The notes: a model not told the origin generated them from the sequence alone. Shown: positions 25,877-40,005, counted from the first letter of the stretch. The stretch: DNA of 64,000 nucleotides from Octopus sinensis (GCF_006345805.1 NC_043000.1:113522001-113586000), one strand, 5' to 3'. Numbers and translations: made by a program.

Positions 25877-26064
25877 AACTGCATTAATACTTTTAAAAAA
25901 ATCCGAACTCGTAGGACAGTTATCAACCGAAGTGTTGATACTCAGTTTATAGTATTTAATGCATTTTTCCTTTATTAAGTAACTGAATGCTACGCATTCC
26001 GACTTTTGGTCAGTAAGTTTTTGTTTATATGTATGTATGCATAGATAGATAATAGATAATAGAT

Positions 26065-26101
<37 letters not shown>

Positions 26102-26676
26102 AGATAGATAATAGATGATAGATAGATAATCGATAGATAGATAGATAGATAGATAGATATATAGATAGATATATAGATAGATAGATAATAGATCTATATA
26201 CATACATACATACATACATACATACATACAAAAATACATACATACATACATACATACATAGATTTCCCTTACGCATAGCGACATTAAAGACCAATTGTTA
26301 GAATTCAGTATACACAGCAGAGTTGTACAGGGCGTAATATGAAATTAAATAAATGACAAAAGAAAAGGAGTCACGTAATCACATTCAATATCTCACAGCT
26401 GTTTCTGCTATGTGTTAGTGCACTTATATACATACATATATATAATCACATACGCGTACGCGCGCACACACAATCACATACACATGTATATGATGTAGTT
26501 TTTGATCTTTATATCGTTATCGTGTAAATAAAAAATCGGGTTTCTTACTTTATGTTATTCTATTTCATTATTTGGCTTCATGTTTCTGCATTATCGAGTT
26601 AGCAAGGCTGTGCATTATACAGGTGCGCATACAACTCTAGTGAAAACAGAACAATGTCAAAACTATTATTGTGTGT

Positions 26677-26709
<33 letters not shown>

Positions 26710-26736
26710 TATTAATATATAATATATATATATAAA

Positions 26737-26790
<54 letters not shown>

Positions 26791-26839
26791 TATATAAATA
26801 TTATATAATCAAAATAGCACCAAGTATATCCAAAGGTAG

Positions 26840-26927
26840 TGCAGTACAATCGTTTCATGCGACTCCATTTAATTGAACAATGCAAGTATTACATTAGTTT
26901 TAAAATGTAGAGCAATCTTCAGCTGCA
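26840..26927 (-). ncRNA. Candidate type I hammerhead ribozyme motif with a long, degenerate stem II
   Basis: Minus strand: TGCAG-CTGAAGA-[59 nt]-GAAAC-GATT-GT-A-CTGCA. Perfect 5-bp stem I, complete core and a GUA site; the 10.1-11.1 pair is a non-canonical U.U. Confidence 0.4.
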
Positions 26928-27049
26928 TATGGAATTATTTAGTTAAATTGAAAGGATTGATTTTTATACTTATTCCATTTATCAACATTACAAAGAGGGC
27001 AAGTAGATAGACAGAGAGGCAAGTCTCATCAACAGAAACATGGTAGTAA

Positions 27050-27105
27050 ATGATATTTAATAATGGATACATTTCTTAAGAAATGTATCCATGATTAAAT
27101 ATCAT
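27050..27105. repeat. 56-bp near-perfect palindrome centred on TTAA
   Basis: ATGATATTTAATAATGGATACATTTC-TTAA-GAAATGTATCCATGATTAAATATCAT; one mismatched pair. Confidence 0.9.
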
Positions 27106-27279
27106 ATCTTAGCTTTGAGTGGGGATATTCTTCACTTCTATATTTTCTGACTTCTCTCTTTCTGCTTAAGGAACCTTTACGTAATACCTCGATCCATTTG
27201 ATTGACTATTTTTGAAACAGCTCTTCAGACACTCTGTCTTCTTGTCATAACTACTCAGCACTATTGTTTTATTCTGTTG

Positions 27280-27459
27280 CTTCTTGTTTCAGTCATTTGA
27301 CTTCGGTCATGCTGGATCACTGGCATTGTCGAGCAAATCGACACCAGGACTTATTCTTTGTAAGCTTGATACTTATTTTATCGGTCTCCTTTGCCGAACT
27401 GCTAAGTTTCTGAGACGTAAATACGCCAAGATCGATTGTCAAGCGATAGCGGGAGGACA

Positions 27460-27508
<49 letters not shown>

Positions 27509-27625
27509 TATATATAGCTATATATATATAACATCTATCTATCTATCTACATATATATATATATATACGATGGGCTTCTTTCAGTTTACCAAATCCACTC
27601 ACAAGGATTTGTTCGGCCCGGTTTA
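27280..27625 (-). mobile_element. SINE family A, 5'-truncated
   Basis: TTGTTTCAGTCATTTGAC...GGGCTTCTTTCAGTTT..CCAAATCCACTCACAAGG. Confidence 0.8.
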
Positions 27626-27783
27626 TATTCGTCTAGGTTTATATTCTCCATTTAAATTAAATGTTTTTTGTCTCACCAAAAGTTTGACATTTATATTTTC
27701 ATTTGTAACGTGGGTGTGTGTGCATACATGTGTATGTGTGTGTGCATACATGCGTGTGTGTGCATACATGCGTGTGTGTGTGT

Positions 27784-27814
<31 letters not shown>

Positions 27815-27929
27815 CATACATGTGTGTGTGTATAAGATTGGTGTTAACACGCCATCAGTATCGTTATATATCTCGCCACTGGTATGAAATATCGTGTCAG
27901 CCTTGCAGGAGCCTCTACTTGATCTAACC

Positions 27930-28135
27930 CGCTCGAAATAGCAGCCAAATCACAATTCACCTTCTGAATCACTTGCCATTTTATTATAAAAAATAAAAAA
28001 AGGATACGTTAAGTCACAGATGCAATATGGCCGAAAAATAGAGACAAGATATCTAAAGCAGGGACGCGTTTCATCATAGGTCAGCTGAGTCAGTGACGAT
28101 CTCGGTCCAACCAAAAACAACAACAAGAACAACAA
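27930..28135 (+). repeat. Family C copy
   Basis: CGAAATAGCAGCCAAATC...TCATCATAGGTCAG...AACAACAACAAG. Confidence 0.5.
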
Positions 28136-28307
28136 CAGTAATATCAATAACAACAAAAACGGTTGGGTTATTTTTGTCTCATAATAATCGGACAAACATA
28201 TTTACAAGTGCAAAACATCTGGTTATTCTCTTTCCATCCCTTCTACACTCCCTCCCCTCTCATTTTATCCTCTGCCTCTGCCTCTTTCTCTACGTTTCAC
28301 TCACCTC

Positions 28308-28361
<54 letters not shown>

Positions 28362-28694
28362 CTTCGTTTGCCAACTGAGCTACATCCATTGCGCTGACAT
28401 CCGACCATGCAATGAATCATTTGTGTGTGGTATGCATCCTTGTACCTCTGCATATGTGTATGTGTATGTCTGTGTGTGCGTGTATGTATGTGCATGTGTG
28501 TGTGTGTATGTGTGTGTGTCTAAGGGGGTGGTGGATTCGAGGTGTGGGGCGGAAGTGCTTGATTGGTTATTAATAACCAATGTGGAAGGCTGCTGAACGC
28601 AACATCCATCCATAGACGCACTGTTTTTCACCATAGACCTGACCGGACCATCTGCTTGGCCCGACGGGATTTGCAACCAGCAAATGCTCCGATG

Positions 28695-28705
28695 CTACTA
28701 CTACA

Positions 28706-28779
<74 letters not shown>

Positions 28780-28868
28780 TAACCGTTGCTGCTGTTCTTA
28801 AACTTTGCGGAGTTCGCAAAAGGTGGTATTAGATTATTTTGCAGCCACAGCAGCAGCAGCAGTAGCGT

Positions 28869-28930
<62 letters not shown>
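28695..28930. repeat. Inverted pair of (CTA)n and (GTA)n arrays
   Basis: (CTA)n at 28695-28770 and (GTA)n at 28860-28930 are reverse complements. Confidence 0.9.
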
Positions 28931-28936
<6 letters not shown>

Positions 28937-29078
28937 GGGTGGTGGTGGTGGAAGGATGGGTTGGTGGGTGTTTGTTATTGATGGATCTCTATTCTTGCTT
29001 GCCTCGCTTTCGGCTAATTATCTTTAATGACTGCTGCAATTAATACGAAAGCAGAACATGATGATGATGATAATCATT

Positions 29079-29113
<35 letters not shown>

Positions 29114-29953
29114 GATAGTGATCATGATGATGATGATGGTGATGATAATGACGTCGATAACGATGAGACGTCGATGATGATGACAATGATGACGCGGCAA
29201 ATGATGTTTTAATCTGTAAAAAAATATAATCATTTGATGTATGTTTTTTTTTTCTTAATTTCAAGTAAATACTTTCTCCGTCTCAAATTTTTCTGGGATA
29301 GGATGACAATGATGGCGGCAGTGATGGTCGAGGTGGTGGGGTGTTCTCTGGTGGTTACGGGGTTGGCAGTGGTGGCGGTGGTGGTTGTGGCGGCGACACC
29401 GGTGATGAATGTAACGATGATGATGTCGGTGGTGCCGGTGGGGACGTTGTGGGTGTTAAAGGTAGATGGGGATGAAGGAGTATTGATGAATTTGAAACTG
29501 TTTTTTCTCCTCTCTCTCTCTTACTTTGAGTAATCAACCCCACTTTTGTGTCAGTGTGAGTGAGGAGACGTGATTATGTCCTACCAAACAGCTGACCTCA
29601 CATGACCTCGCTATCAACTCTATAAAACAAGGTTAAACGGCAATAAAACCGCGCCATATTGTCAAATAATTTAGAAGCAATTAATTTCTTTTTTTAATGG
29701 AATAATGATCTCTATTCACGAAACTCACATTGCAGATATTGTTATAAAGATGGCGTTATGGTACATTTGTTGTTGTTTTTTCAAGCTGCTTTTGTAGCAG
29801 TAGTTGTTGTTGTTATTGTTGCTGCTGCTGCTGCTGTTGTTGTTGTTGTTTACACACAGCTTAGCTATGATTGGGCAAGATTTTGTGCAAACCCCTTCCA
29901 AGCAAAATCTTCCGATAGTGTGACCAGCCCACGTTGTTTCCAGTGGCACAAAG

Positions 29954-30163
29954 TAGTGGTTTTCCAACCGTGGCCGACACGGTCACTGGTGGTCCACATA
30001 AGGTTTATCTGCAATAAATTTTTTACAATATTTCTTATAATACTTCGGCAGTTTTTTTTAATACAGTTCTTAATAATATTTAATTACAAAAGTTGTAATG
30101 GGACTTAGGGAGAAAATTTGAAATCAGAATAGTTCATAGCCAAAAAATGGTTGAAAACCACTG
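29954..30163. mobile_element. Small hAT-type MITE, ~210 bp
   Basis: TIRs TAGTGGTTTTCCAACC and GGTTGAAAACCACTG; TSD degraded (GCACAAAG versus GTATTAAG, 5/8). Confidence 0.65.
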
Positions 30164-30194
30164 GTATTAAGTAATTGAGAATAGAATACACTTC

Positions 30195-30378
30195 CCTGAA
30201 CGGGACGACACCCCCTCGCAACATTAACTTCCCAGTTTTACTGTTACTCATTTTCAGCTGAATGAACTGTTGCAAGGTTTAATGGAGTGTTTTACTCAGA
30301 AACACAACTGGCGGCCTGGTCTGGAGATCGAAACCCCTACTTTTCGATCATGAAGGGAACACCCTAATCACTAGACAA
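30195..30378 (-). mobile_element. SINE family G, degenerate
   Basis: TACTCATTTTCAGCTGAATGAACTG...GTGTTTTACTCAGAAACAC...GATCGAAACC...CTAATCACTAG. Confidence 0.55.
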
Positions 30379-30759
30379 TAGGAATGTCGAAATTTAGGAA
30401 ATTGGCTGTTATGTCTAGCAGGCCAAATGACTGCGTAATAGGCTTTTTTCCGTTAGTCAGAATTATCTGAGTTATTGAGAACACTGCAAGTAACTCAATA
30501 CGAGTGTTTGACCCTGGTACCATATCGACACAGATATTTCCCACGTCAGAATGCAATACAAACCATAATTACTTGCAATGATGATGATGACGATGATGAT
30601 GATGATGATGATGATAATGATGATGATGATGATGGTGATTGTATCTTTAGAAAATATAGTGATTTAACAAACAAGTGGTTTTGTCATAACCACCCCTATC
30701 TAACACGAGGGTATCTAAAATTGCCCAGTGTGACATTTAGTTTACTTTAAAGACTTCAG

Positions 30760-31070
30760 GGTATGATTCGAGGACATCAGTAGCTACAACTAGATAGAGG
30801 ATCCTTATTGTTTTGTATTTAGGAAGTTTGTTTTGGGGGATATTGCCCCAGATTTTGGCGTTCAAACATCGTATCCTTACTTCATATATACAGTAATAAT
30901 CATTGAAATGCTGACTGGACCAATACCTCTTATAATTCCAATTTTCATTCAAAGCCACCATACTTCATACCGCTTCAACTCATTCAGCCAAGAATGCTGA
31001 TGCTCAGCAATTAAATTGTTTTCAAAACAGACAGAATCGTTAACGCATTGGAACAACTACCTTGCTATAT
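30760..31070 (+). mobile_element. Highly degenerate CR1/L2-group LINE 3' fragment
   Basis: GGATATTGCCCCAGATTTTGGCGTT (~GIAPNFGV) and a frame reading DRIVNALEQLP, similar to the CR1-type terminal RVVNAWNxLP motif. Confidence 0.4.
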
Positions 31071-31913
31071 TTCTTATATTTTAAGTTCTAACCGCACCAA
31101 GTACAACCTTATTTTTTTTATAAAGTACCAGTTAAGTACTGTCTCAATTCATTTCACTAATACTTTTGTGCCTTTGTAAGACATCTCTATTTTGATTGGT
31201 GGAGAAGGGTGATGGTTAAACATAACTGAGAGTGTGTAAAACGAATTCAAATATCTTGAGGCATTTAATTATGTTTCCATGTTTCGAGTTCACAGCCCAG
31301 ACATAGACTTGAAATTTTATCTCTGAACGTCTATGAAATAATATATTTCGACCCCAAAATATTGGATCGAGATAATCAACTGTAGCAACTCCCATACTCG
31401 TTTACAAAATGCATGACTGTACGTCTAGATTAGAAATAAATCTTGAAGGAAGAGGGGCATGAAACCACGACTTTCTTAAGGCAGTCCAGAGGGACGAGGT
31501 CAATGTGACTGGTCAGTTTGGACATCTGTAGGATGGTACCTGTTTGGACGAAGAATCAGTTTCAACTCTTGTCATTCACTCCTGCTACAATTCCATAAAA
31601 CCATTAAGCTCTTACATCCAACAAAGCCATTGTTTCCGAAAGCATATAAAAAATAAGACATTTGCCATAAACACTGTGCATTACCATTCGATTATCTTTC
31701 AAATATCTCTTATGAAATGTTAACACAATTTCCCATCCAAATTTACAGGGATATCAATTAAAATACATTGAAATTTAGATTTAAGTTTCCTGTCTCAAAT
31801 TAATTATCATGGGAGATTATAAGCAGTCAAGACTAAACTCAGAAAAAACACTGATAACATTTTTTTCTCAAGAAAAATGTTTCGTTTTGCTTCCTCCTTA
31901 GAAACGTTTTGTC

Positions 31914-32143
31914 ATTTTTAACTTGCTTCGGTCATTAGACTGCGGCCATGCAGGAGCACTGCCTTGAAGAAAATTTATTCGAATGAATAAACCCCAATAC
32001 GTCTTTTTGTTTGTTTGTTTGTTTTTGTTAAACCTGGTACTTATATCAGTGGTCAGCCGCTAATTTACGAGGATATGAACACACCGGCATCAATTGTCAA
32101 ACAGTGATGGTGGAGAAACACAGATGCAAAAATACAGACACAG

Positions 32144-32174
<31 letters not shown>

Positions 32175-32341
32175 CACACATACGACGGGCTTCTTTCAGT
32201 TTCCAGCTACTAAATTCACTCACAAGGCTTCGGTTGGCTTAAAGCTATAGTGGAAGACACTTTGCCAAGGTGCCACGCAGTGGAACTGAATCCGGAATCA
32301 TGTGGTTAGGAAACAAACTTCTTGCCTCACAGCCACACCTG
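31914..32341 (-). mobile_element. SINE family A, near full length
   Basis: Tail, internal microsatellite and head CCAAGGTGCCACGCAGTGG...CACAGCCACACCT are all present. Confidence 0.85.
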
Positions 32342-32759
32342 AACCTCTAGTTTCTATGGGTCACGTGTTTGAACTCAAACTCTTCATTATTCAAGCTTTG
32401 CTTTAAGCAATTATATTTTGCAAATACTTGTTTCAGTTTAGCTTCTGAATTAAATGGTGAGATCTTTGAAGCCATTAACGCTAATACTACTAGACTGGTA
32501 TTATATGTTGTGTATAAACATTTGTTATAAAATGCGTTGAGAATATCTGGTATGGCTGTACTAAACGATTGTGGATCCGATGCGTAGAGTTAACTGAATA
32601 AATTCAACAGGAAAATTATAAAAATGTGCAACAGAAATTATAAGAAAATTGGACAATTATATAAAATGTAGCTGATGTTTTGGACAAAATGGTCGCCTTA
32701 GTATTAAGATACAAGTGTTTAGAGGTGATGGCTGAAGTGTTAAGTCATACGGTTTGATA

Positions 32760-32960
32760 TCGAGCTGGCAGGAACGTCAGCACGCCGGGCGAAATGCGCA
32801 GCCGTATTTCGTCTGCCGCTACGTTCTGAGTTCAAATTCCGCCGAGGTTGACTTTGCCTTTCATCCTTTCGGGGTCGATAAATTAAGTACCAGTTACGCA
32901 CTGGTGTCGATATAATCCACTTAATCCGTTTGTCTGTCCTTGTGGGTAGTAAAGAAATAG
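32760..32960 (+). mobile_element. SINE family B1 with a deletion in the tail
   Basis: GAGCTGGCAG...GAGTTCAAATTCCGCCGAGG...GTGGGTAGTAAAGAAATAG. Confidence 0.85.
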
Positions 32961-33525
32961 ATATCAGTTTTTCGAGGCAAGTTTTTGGAGAAGTAATGAA
33001 GGAAGAAATTAAGTAAGAGGATTGCATCGGATGGACTTGGCTGGGGTGGAATATACTTAATTGATTCAAAGGAACAAAGGTTGGGGTAGAATAAAAAAAC
33101 AAAAATAGAGAGAATGGATGAGATTGTGTGGTTGGTGAATAAGTATTTAGCAATGAGCGAATTTGTATCCTGAATAGAAGTTTCCAGAATAACTGAATAA
33201 CTGCTGGCTTTATGATATTCGTACTAATTATATTCTTCTGTGATAGCATTAATAATTATTCATCGAATATTTTTGAATCTGCAGTTCATTGCATCAAGTC
33301 TTAATTGTGAATTTTAATTATATTTTGCAGTGAGCCTGAAATATGTGAAGGATGGCAAAACTGGAAGATTTCTTGAAAATTCAAAGAATTGTTACCTGGT
33401 TAAAATCTGAGGTATGTATTGTCTTATTAACTCACTCTCTCTCTTCTCTTTCTCTCACACACACATACACATACTCACACATAAGCACTTATGCACACGT
33501 ACATGCACGCCAATACATACATATA

Positions 33526-33663
33526 CATTAATCCTTCACCATATCGCGGTTCACCTACTGCGGTTAACATATCGCGGTTTACCTATCGCGGTTTATTATT
33601 TAAGCTTACGTCGATTTCTCCGTGGTGTTGTTTTGCATTTATAATAAAATAAACATATACAAA

Positions 33664-33694
<31 letters not shown>

Positions 33695-33778
33695 ACAGAA
33701 CATATTTCTACTTCGCGGATTTTCACCTATCGCGCAGGGTTTTGGAATGTATCACTCGCGGTAGTCGAGGGATTACTG
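33526..33778. mobile_element. pogo/Tigger-like (Tc1/mariner superfamily) MITE, ~253 bp
   Basis: TIRs CATTAATCCTTC and GAGGGATTACTG, preceded by TA; repeated subterminal ATCGCG(G) motifs. Confidence 0.65.
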
Positions 33779-34592
33779 TTCACGAACACAAACACATATA
33801 GACACATTCATAGCCATATATGCGCATGCATGCAGACACAATAGACAAGCAAACACACATGCACAGACACACAGACACACAGAAGCACAGACAGAACAAT
33901 AAGAGTTTGAAGACAAAATACGCTTCGTTGCTGAACACCACCAACACCACCAACACCACCAGCTGGTCTTTGGGTGAATTTTCCAGTATTCCTTCCGGTA
34001 CAAGTATTCGAACGGAATCATCGCTTCCCTATTGCCAAACCACAACACACATTTAACCAGCGGACATTTTTCCTTCGGACATTCTTACCATTCTTTTGAG
34101 GCAGATTTGTGTGGTTTAGCCGCACCAACTCGTCACAAAGGACCACTCCTATACAAATATTCAGACGAAGACTTTGTTCTGAGTATAACGGGTCATCGTG
34201 ACGGGCTACTTCCTGTCTCAATAACCTATGAGTCATAGATTCCTTTATAGATCGCACCCCGTCTCTAGTGTTCGAGGCTCTAATTAAATATGTCACAGAT
34301 ACTGTCCACCCCATTTTTGTTTTTACAAAACAGCTACAAACACAGATACATATTTAGACAGACGTACGCGACAAATATATGCACACAGATAACAAAAACT
34401 TATATCAAATGTACACATGCATAATACTACATACATACATACATACATATATACATACATACATACATACATACATCATACATACATACATACATTACAT
34501 ATATAATATATATATATATATATTATATATATTGGTGTTAGTAATACCAGCGATTATATTATTTTTTATTACTATCGCAATTTGATTTGTTT

Positions 34593-34623
<31 letters not shown>

Positions 34624-35667
34624 TATTGAGGGAATATTATTCCTAACTTACAAGAAGAATTCAATTTAGAATACTAAATCAATTTCACAAATATAATATA
34701 TATAAAAATTAGAAAAAAAACGCCTTTTATCAATTCAAAATGAAAGTAAATTACACCATCTAGAAAATTACATATAATAGAAATATTAAAATTAAAATAA
34801 CAATAATATACCGATGATTAAGTAAATTGCAAAATAATAATTAAAAAACGGTATATATTTGGTAGAATAACTATATATATATATATATATATAATATATA
34901 TATACACACAAAGTGTGTATGTGTGTGTGTTTTCTGTGTATGTGCTGTGTATATTTGCTTCACACCTACTGACGATTGCAACCTATCTATGCAGATAGAA
35001 ATGTGTAACCGTGGTTATATATTTAATTAGACAGCATACGGAGAAGATAGACTAGAAAGCCTCAGGAAAGTAGTTATGGTCTAAATCGCCAGCAATCAGT
35101 CTATATTGAATAACTTGCTGTGACGTCAGAGTCTTATTTAATTTGGCCAAACTCAATTACACAAGTTAGAGTCACGCACAAATATGTTAACAGATATGTT
35201 CGTATATACATCTGCTTACACGAAATGTATATAGCAACATATACATAAATGCATTTATACATACATACACACATACATACATACAGACATGCAAACATAC
35301 ATATGCGCGCTCTTCTTTGCATGTGTGCGCAAAAAATTTCGGAGATCAATAAACGCGGTCATTGTCTGAGACGGTAACAATTATTCCAGGGTAGCTCTTG
35401 AATTTTAGATAAGATAGTGCCAGGAAAAGAAAAAAAGAATTTATTATTTCGAAGTTGGTTTATTTTCTTTTTTTTTTGTCTAAGAGAAAGAACATATTTT
35501 TATTTCTATATATCCGGATTTTTTATGATACATACACCTTTATGATACATACACGTTTTTATATGTTTTTATCTCTATCTAACTATTTACTCATTTATCT
35601 ATCTATATATATATATATATATAAATATCTGTCTGTCTGTCTGTCTACCTATCTATTTATCTCTATC

Positions 35668-35713
<46 letters not shown>

Positions 35714-36068
35714 AAAGAAGGGGTTTGAAAATGCAGATATCTTTTAAAGATGTTTATTGACTTGACCGATTTCACTTTTTTAAAAAACAGTTTATCAAAA
35801 GTAAAATGTAAAGCTTTGTTGTGTTAAAAAATGGTTATCATAATTGTATTAAAATACAGTCTTTGATAATGATAAGAAAATGTTAAGAATGGAAGGCTTT
35901 TTTTTTAAACAGTTTACATGAAAGTGTTCAAAATAGATAGTAAAATATATTTATAATTGTTTTAAGTTCATCAAGAATCATAGTTGTATAGAAGCATATG
36001 TACAGAAGGAAATATATATATATACGTTTAAATATATATAAATATTATATAATATATATATATATATA

Positions 36069-36117
<49 letters not shown>

Positions 36118-37416
36118 CGTTGCATTCAACGCTAAATGCCAAAGTTGTATTCCTACACACGCGCACGTGTGCTGTGTGCCGTGTGCAAGGCATTCTCTGT
36201 CGAATAATAAGACGCTCATGTAATATACACATATGTGTGTGCACACATGCACACAAAATGAGCGCACACACGTACACACACACACACACAAAGACATACA
36301 TTCTCAGCTGTTCTTTTGCAATGTATATTTTTATCAAGGCTCTGTTCTTTTCGTAACATTTTATGAATTTCTTGCATTAAGGATCTCAAATCCACCATTA
36401 TCACTCGTAGACCTTCCAGGTCTCATCTTATGTATGAAGTGTTGTTGAAGTGTGTTGCCGCTACTTCATAGTAAGCAGGCTGAATACAAAGGTTGTTGAC
36501 TTTACCATCGACACATGAATGGCTGACATCAGTCAGCTGTATATTTCTGTTCGTGATTAGTTTGTTTCTTTTCTATGTTTGATTTAGTTTAGTGCTTTCC
36601 TGTGAGTGGCTATTGTGTCCATCATTACTTGTATATTGTTGCCAGGAATTCTAAAGAGTATGAATGTATTTTTTACTAACCTTTTCCTACAAAATCTCTT
36701 TGTGTCGTGTGATGGACGAATAATAATTCCTCCGCGTTGAAAGTACATTACATAAATGGAAATTTGAACTTAAACCTTACTTTCGTGTGCAAACTAACCA
36801 GGGAAGGACCAGCTTACTATCTCAGGAGATATTTGTCACTCAACTGTTTCTAACTGAGAAATGTGGAGATGAGTACAGGAATCATGAAAGTGATTGTATC
36901 ATCTTACTATTGAATAAGATACCTCGATTTGCACCTGTAATACAATCTAATCGAATTCCTATTTCTCTCTTCATTTTCTTTTCACGTTTGATTTTGTTTC
37001 CCTGTCCAGCCCCACCCCACCTACTAATCCCTTCCTTTTTTTCCAAATTCTCTGGATTTAAATTTGAAGTTCTCAGCTAATATCTCTATGTCGCCAACGA
37101 AAGTGAATCTTTCTAATTCTATTTACATGTAGAATGCTTTGTAGAATCTTGCAAACAATAAATTGTCAATAATTCATTTTATCCTCTCAGAAGAATAAAA
37201 GGAACTGTTGACCTTGATGAGATTTTGCATTCAGAATATAAAGGGGCATCACTAGATATTGCAAGGCATTCAATATAACGCACTAATGATTCTGCGAATC
37301 GACCAATATCGTAAATTTTCTATTAGAGAAATCGGGTCCTTACCCGAAAGCATACTAGACTTGCCTTCCCTTGAAAACGTAGTGTTATTATCATTGGTTC
37401 CCTAGTATATACGTAT

Positions 37417-37645
37417 TGGAAGGCGGCGAGCTGGCAGAAACGCCTGGCGAAATGCCTAGCGGTATTTCGTCTGCCTTTACGTTGTGATTTCAAATTCCGC
37501 AAAGGTCGACTTTGCCTTTCATCCTTTCGGGGTCGATAAATTAAGTACCAGCCAAACATTGGGATCGATGTAATCGACTTAATCCGTATGTCTGTCCTTG
37601 TTTGTCCTCTCTGTGTTTATCCCCTTGTGGATAGTAAAGAAATTG
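37417..37645 (+). mobile_element. SINE family B1
   Basis: GGAAGGCGGCGAGCTGGCAG...CCCCTTGTGGATAGTAAAGAAAT. Confidence 0.85.
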
Positions 37646-37812
37646 GTATTTCGTCTGCCGTTACGTTCTGAGTTCAAATTCCGCCGAGGTCGACTTTGCC
37701 TTTCATTCTTTCGGAGTCGATAAGTTAAGTACCAGTTACGTACTGGGATCGATCTAATCGACTGGCCTCCTCCCCCAAAATTTCGGGCCTTGTGTCTAGA
37801 GTAGAAAAGTAT
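37646..37812 (+). mobile_element. SINE family B2 (same core as B1, different tail), headless, fused behind B1
   Basis: Restarts at GGTATTTCGTCTGCCG; ends CCCCCAAAATTTCGGGCCTTGTGTCTAGAGTAGAAAAG. Confidence 0.78.
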
Positions 37813-38601
37813 ATATAGGGCAAGGTTCAATTAGAAATGTGTACTATATAGATTTAGGGTTCGCAGGGACTGTTTTTATTGAAAGCCATGAAAACTCATG
37901 AGAATTCTTAATTTACTGAGATTGTTTCTTCTCACTTGGAGTAAGTAAAACAGAGTGGTAGGTGTTGGTTTAATTATATTCTCTTGAAGCTAGGATACTT
38001 TCAATAAACCAAGAATTTGTTTTGTTCTGTATTAAGAATACATTGCAGCATTATTTGTTCAAAATTCATACCACTATTCATTCTGGGCTATTTCACCTAA
38101 CACAATTTCCTTTAAATTGTTTAAATTAATTTGGCCATAAATATTCACTACTCTGTATTTCAAAATATAATTCTTCGCTATTGCTAATGTAAGGTAACGA
38201 TGTGCTGTAGACGGTTATTTAGACAGAAACACATCCCTATAGCTGTTCTATTGCCATCCGCTTAAGCAAAAATCGTTGGTTTTTAATGGTTTGTGATTTG
38301 GTAACAACTCTGGACTGTTTACGGTTATCTCCCCTTGTCATTCGGAGTCAGTTGCAAAATCGCCGCTAGTGTTTGCTCGACAATATTCTCTAGAAGCGAA
38401 GGAACTATCAATAAATTGATTAAGCTTATAAAATACTTATATTATATAAGTTCCTTCGTATCTGACATCGCCATTTCTACCATTTGGTTACTCGGAGTTA
38501 TTTCTCTTACATCACTTTCTAACTCACGCATGCACGTGCAAATAACACACACACACATACACACACACGCAATACACGCACACATGAATTATGTTTCAGT
38601 A

Positions 38602-38666
<65 letters not shown>

Positions 38667-38760
38667 CATATATACATAATATACATATATATATGTATGT
38701 ATGTATTTAAGATATGTGGATATGTGAAAATACACAAACATGCGGAAACAGAAATACAAT

Positions 38761-38791
<31 letters not shown>

Positions 38792-39168
38792 TACACACAA
38801 ACAGCTTACAACCACACAACCACACTCACACACTTCTAGAGATTGAAAGGATCAAATAGGCTAAGAATTAAGTTGTATATTGTTCATATATTGTGTCATA
38901 ATGATTGATGTGCGGCTTAGTTTCCTGTAAACCGACAGAAGATCTTGAACGGGAGAATGGGAAGAGAGAGAGAGAGAGAAAGAGAGAAAGACAGAGAGAG
39001 AGGCAGGCAGAGAAAGAAAGACAGACAGACAGACACACAAGCAGAAACAAACATAGATACGTAGATGGATTGATAGATTGAATAATAATGAGTGTCACGT
39101 GTTTACAATGCATATATGAATGTGTGTGTATATATATGCATATATATTGTTATATAATATAGATATAT

Positions 39169-39203
<35 letters not shown>

Positions 39204-39414
39204 TATATACATACATACATACATATATATATAACATATATATAACAATTACACACACACTCATATCATCACACAGATAGAGTAAGGGAGAGAAAGACCT
39301 ATCTAGATAGATAGATAGACGAACAGACAGACAGAAAGCTAGATAAACAGACAGACTGATAGATAGACAGACAGATAAACAGACAGACAGACAGACAGAC
39401 AGATAGATAGATAT

Positions 39415-39494
<80 letters not shown>

Positions 39495-39953
39495 ACAAGC
39501 AGGATGTTGAAATGGCTAGCACTCAGTTCTTCCAAGCATATCTACCATCAGGTAATTAAAAGACCCAAAAAGAGAAGAAAAAAAATTACGAATACAGGTA
39601 GGTCGGTGGGCAGGTGCGTAGAAGGTAGGTAGCTTTGTATGTAAGTAGGTTGGCAGGTAGGTAATTAAAATGAGAGGCAGGTAAGTAAGGTAGTTAAGTA
39701 GTAGAGTAGATAGATTGATCGCTTGATTGATTGACAGGTGTATACATATATATACCTGCAGGGATAGACTGCATACACAACTGCACAAACATACGCACCT
39801 GAACTCGCGAATACATGTATGATTACATTTGCGTATGTACATCTTTACATATGTTTATATATATGTGTATATATATATATATATACATATGTATGTATGT
39901 GTGTGTGTGTATGTGTGTATGTGTGCGTGTGTTTTACACACACACACACACAC

Positions 39954-40005
<52 letters not shown>

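Noticed and set aside
27195-27235. Minus-strand CTGAAGA followed by a 7-bp hairpin
   Set aside because: No GAAA after the hairpin and no stem I, so the hammerhead descriptor is not met.
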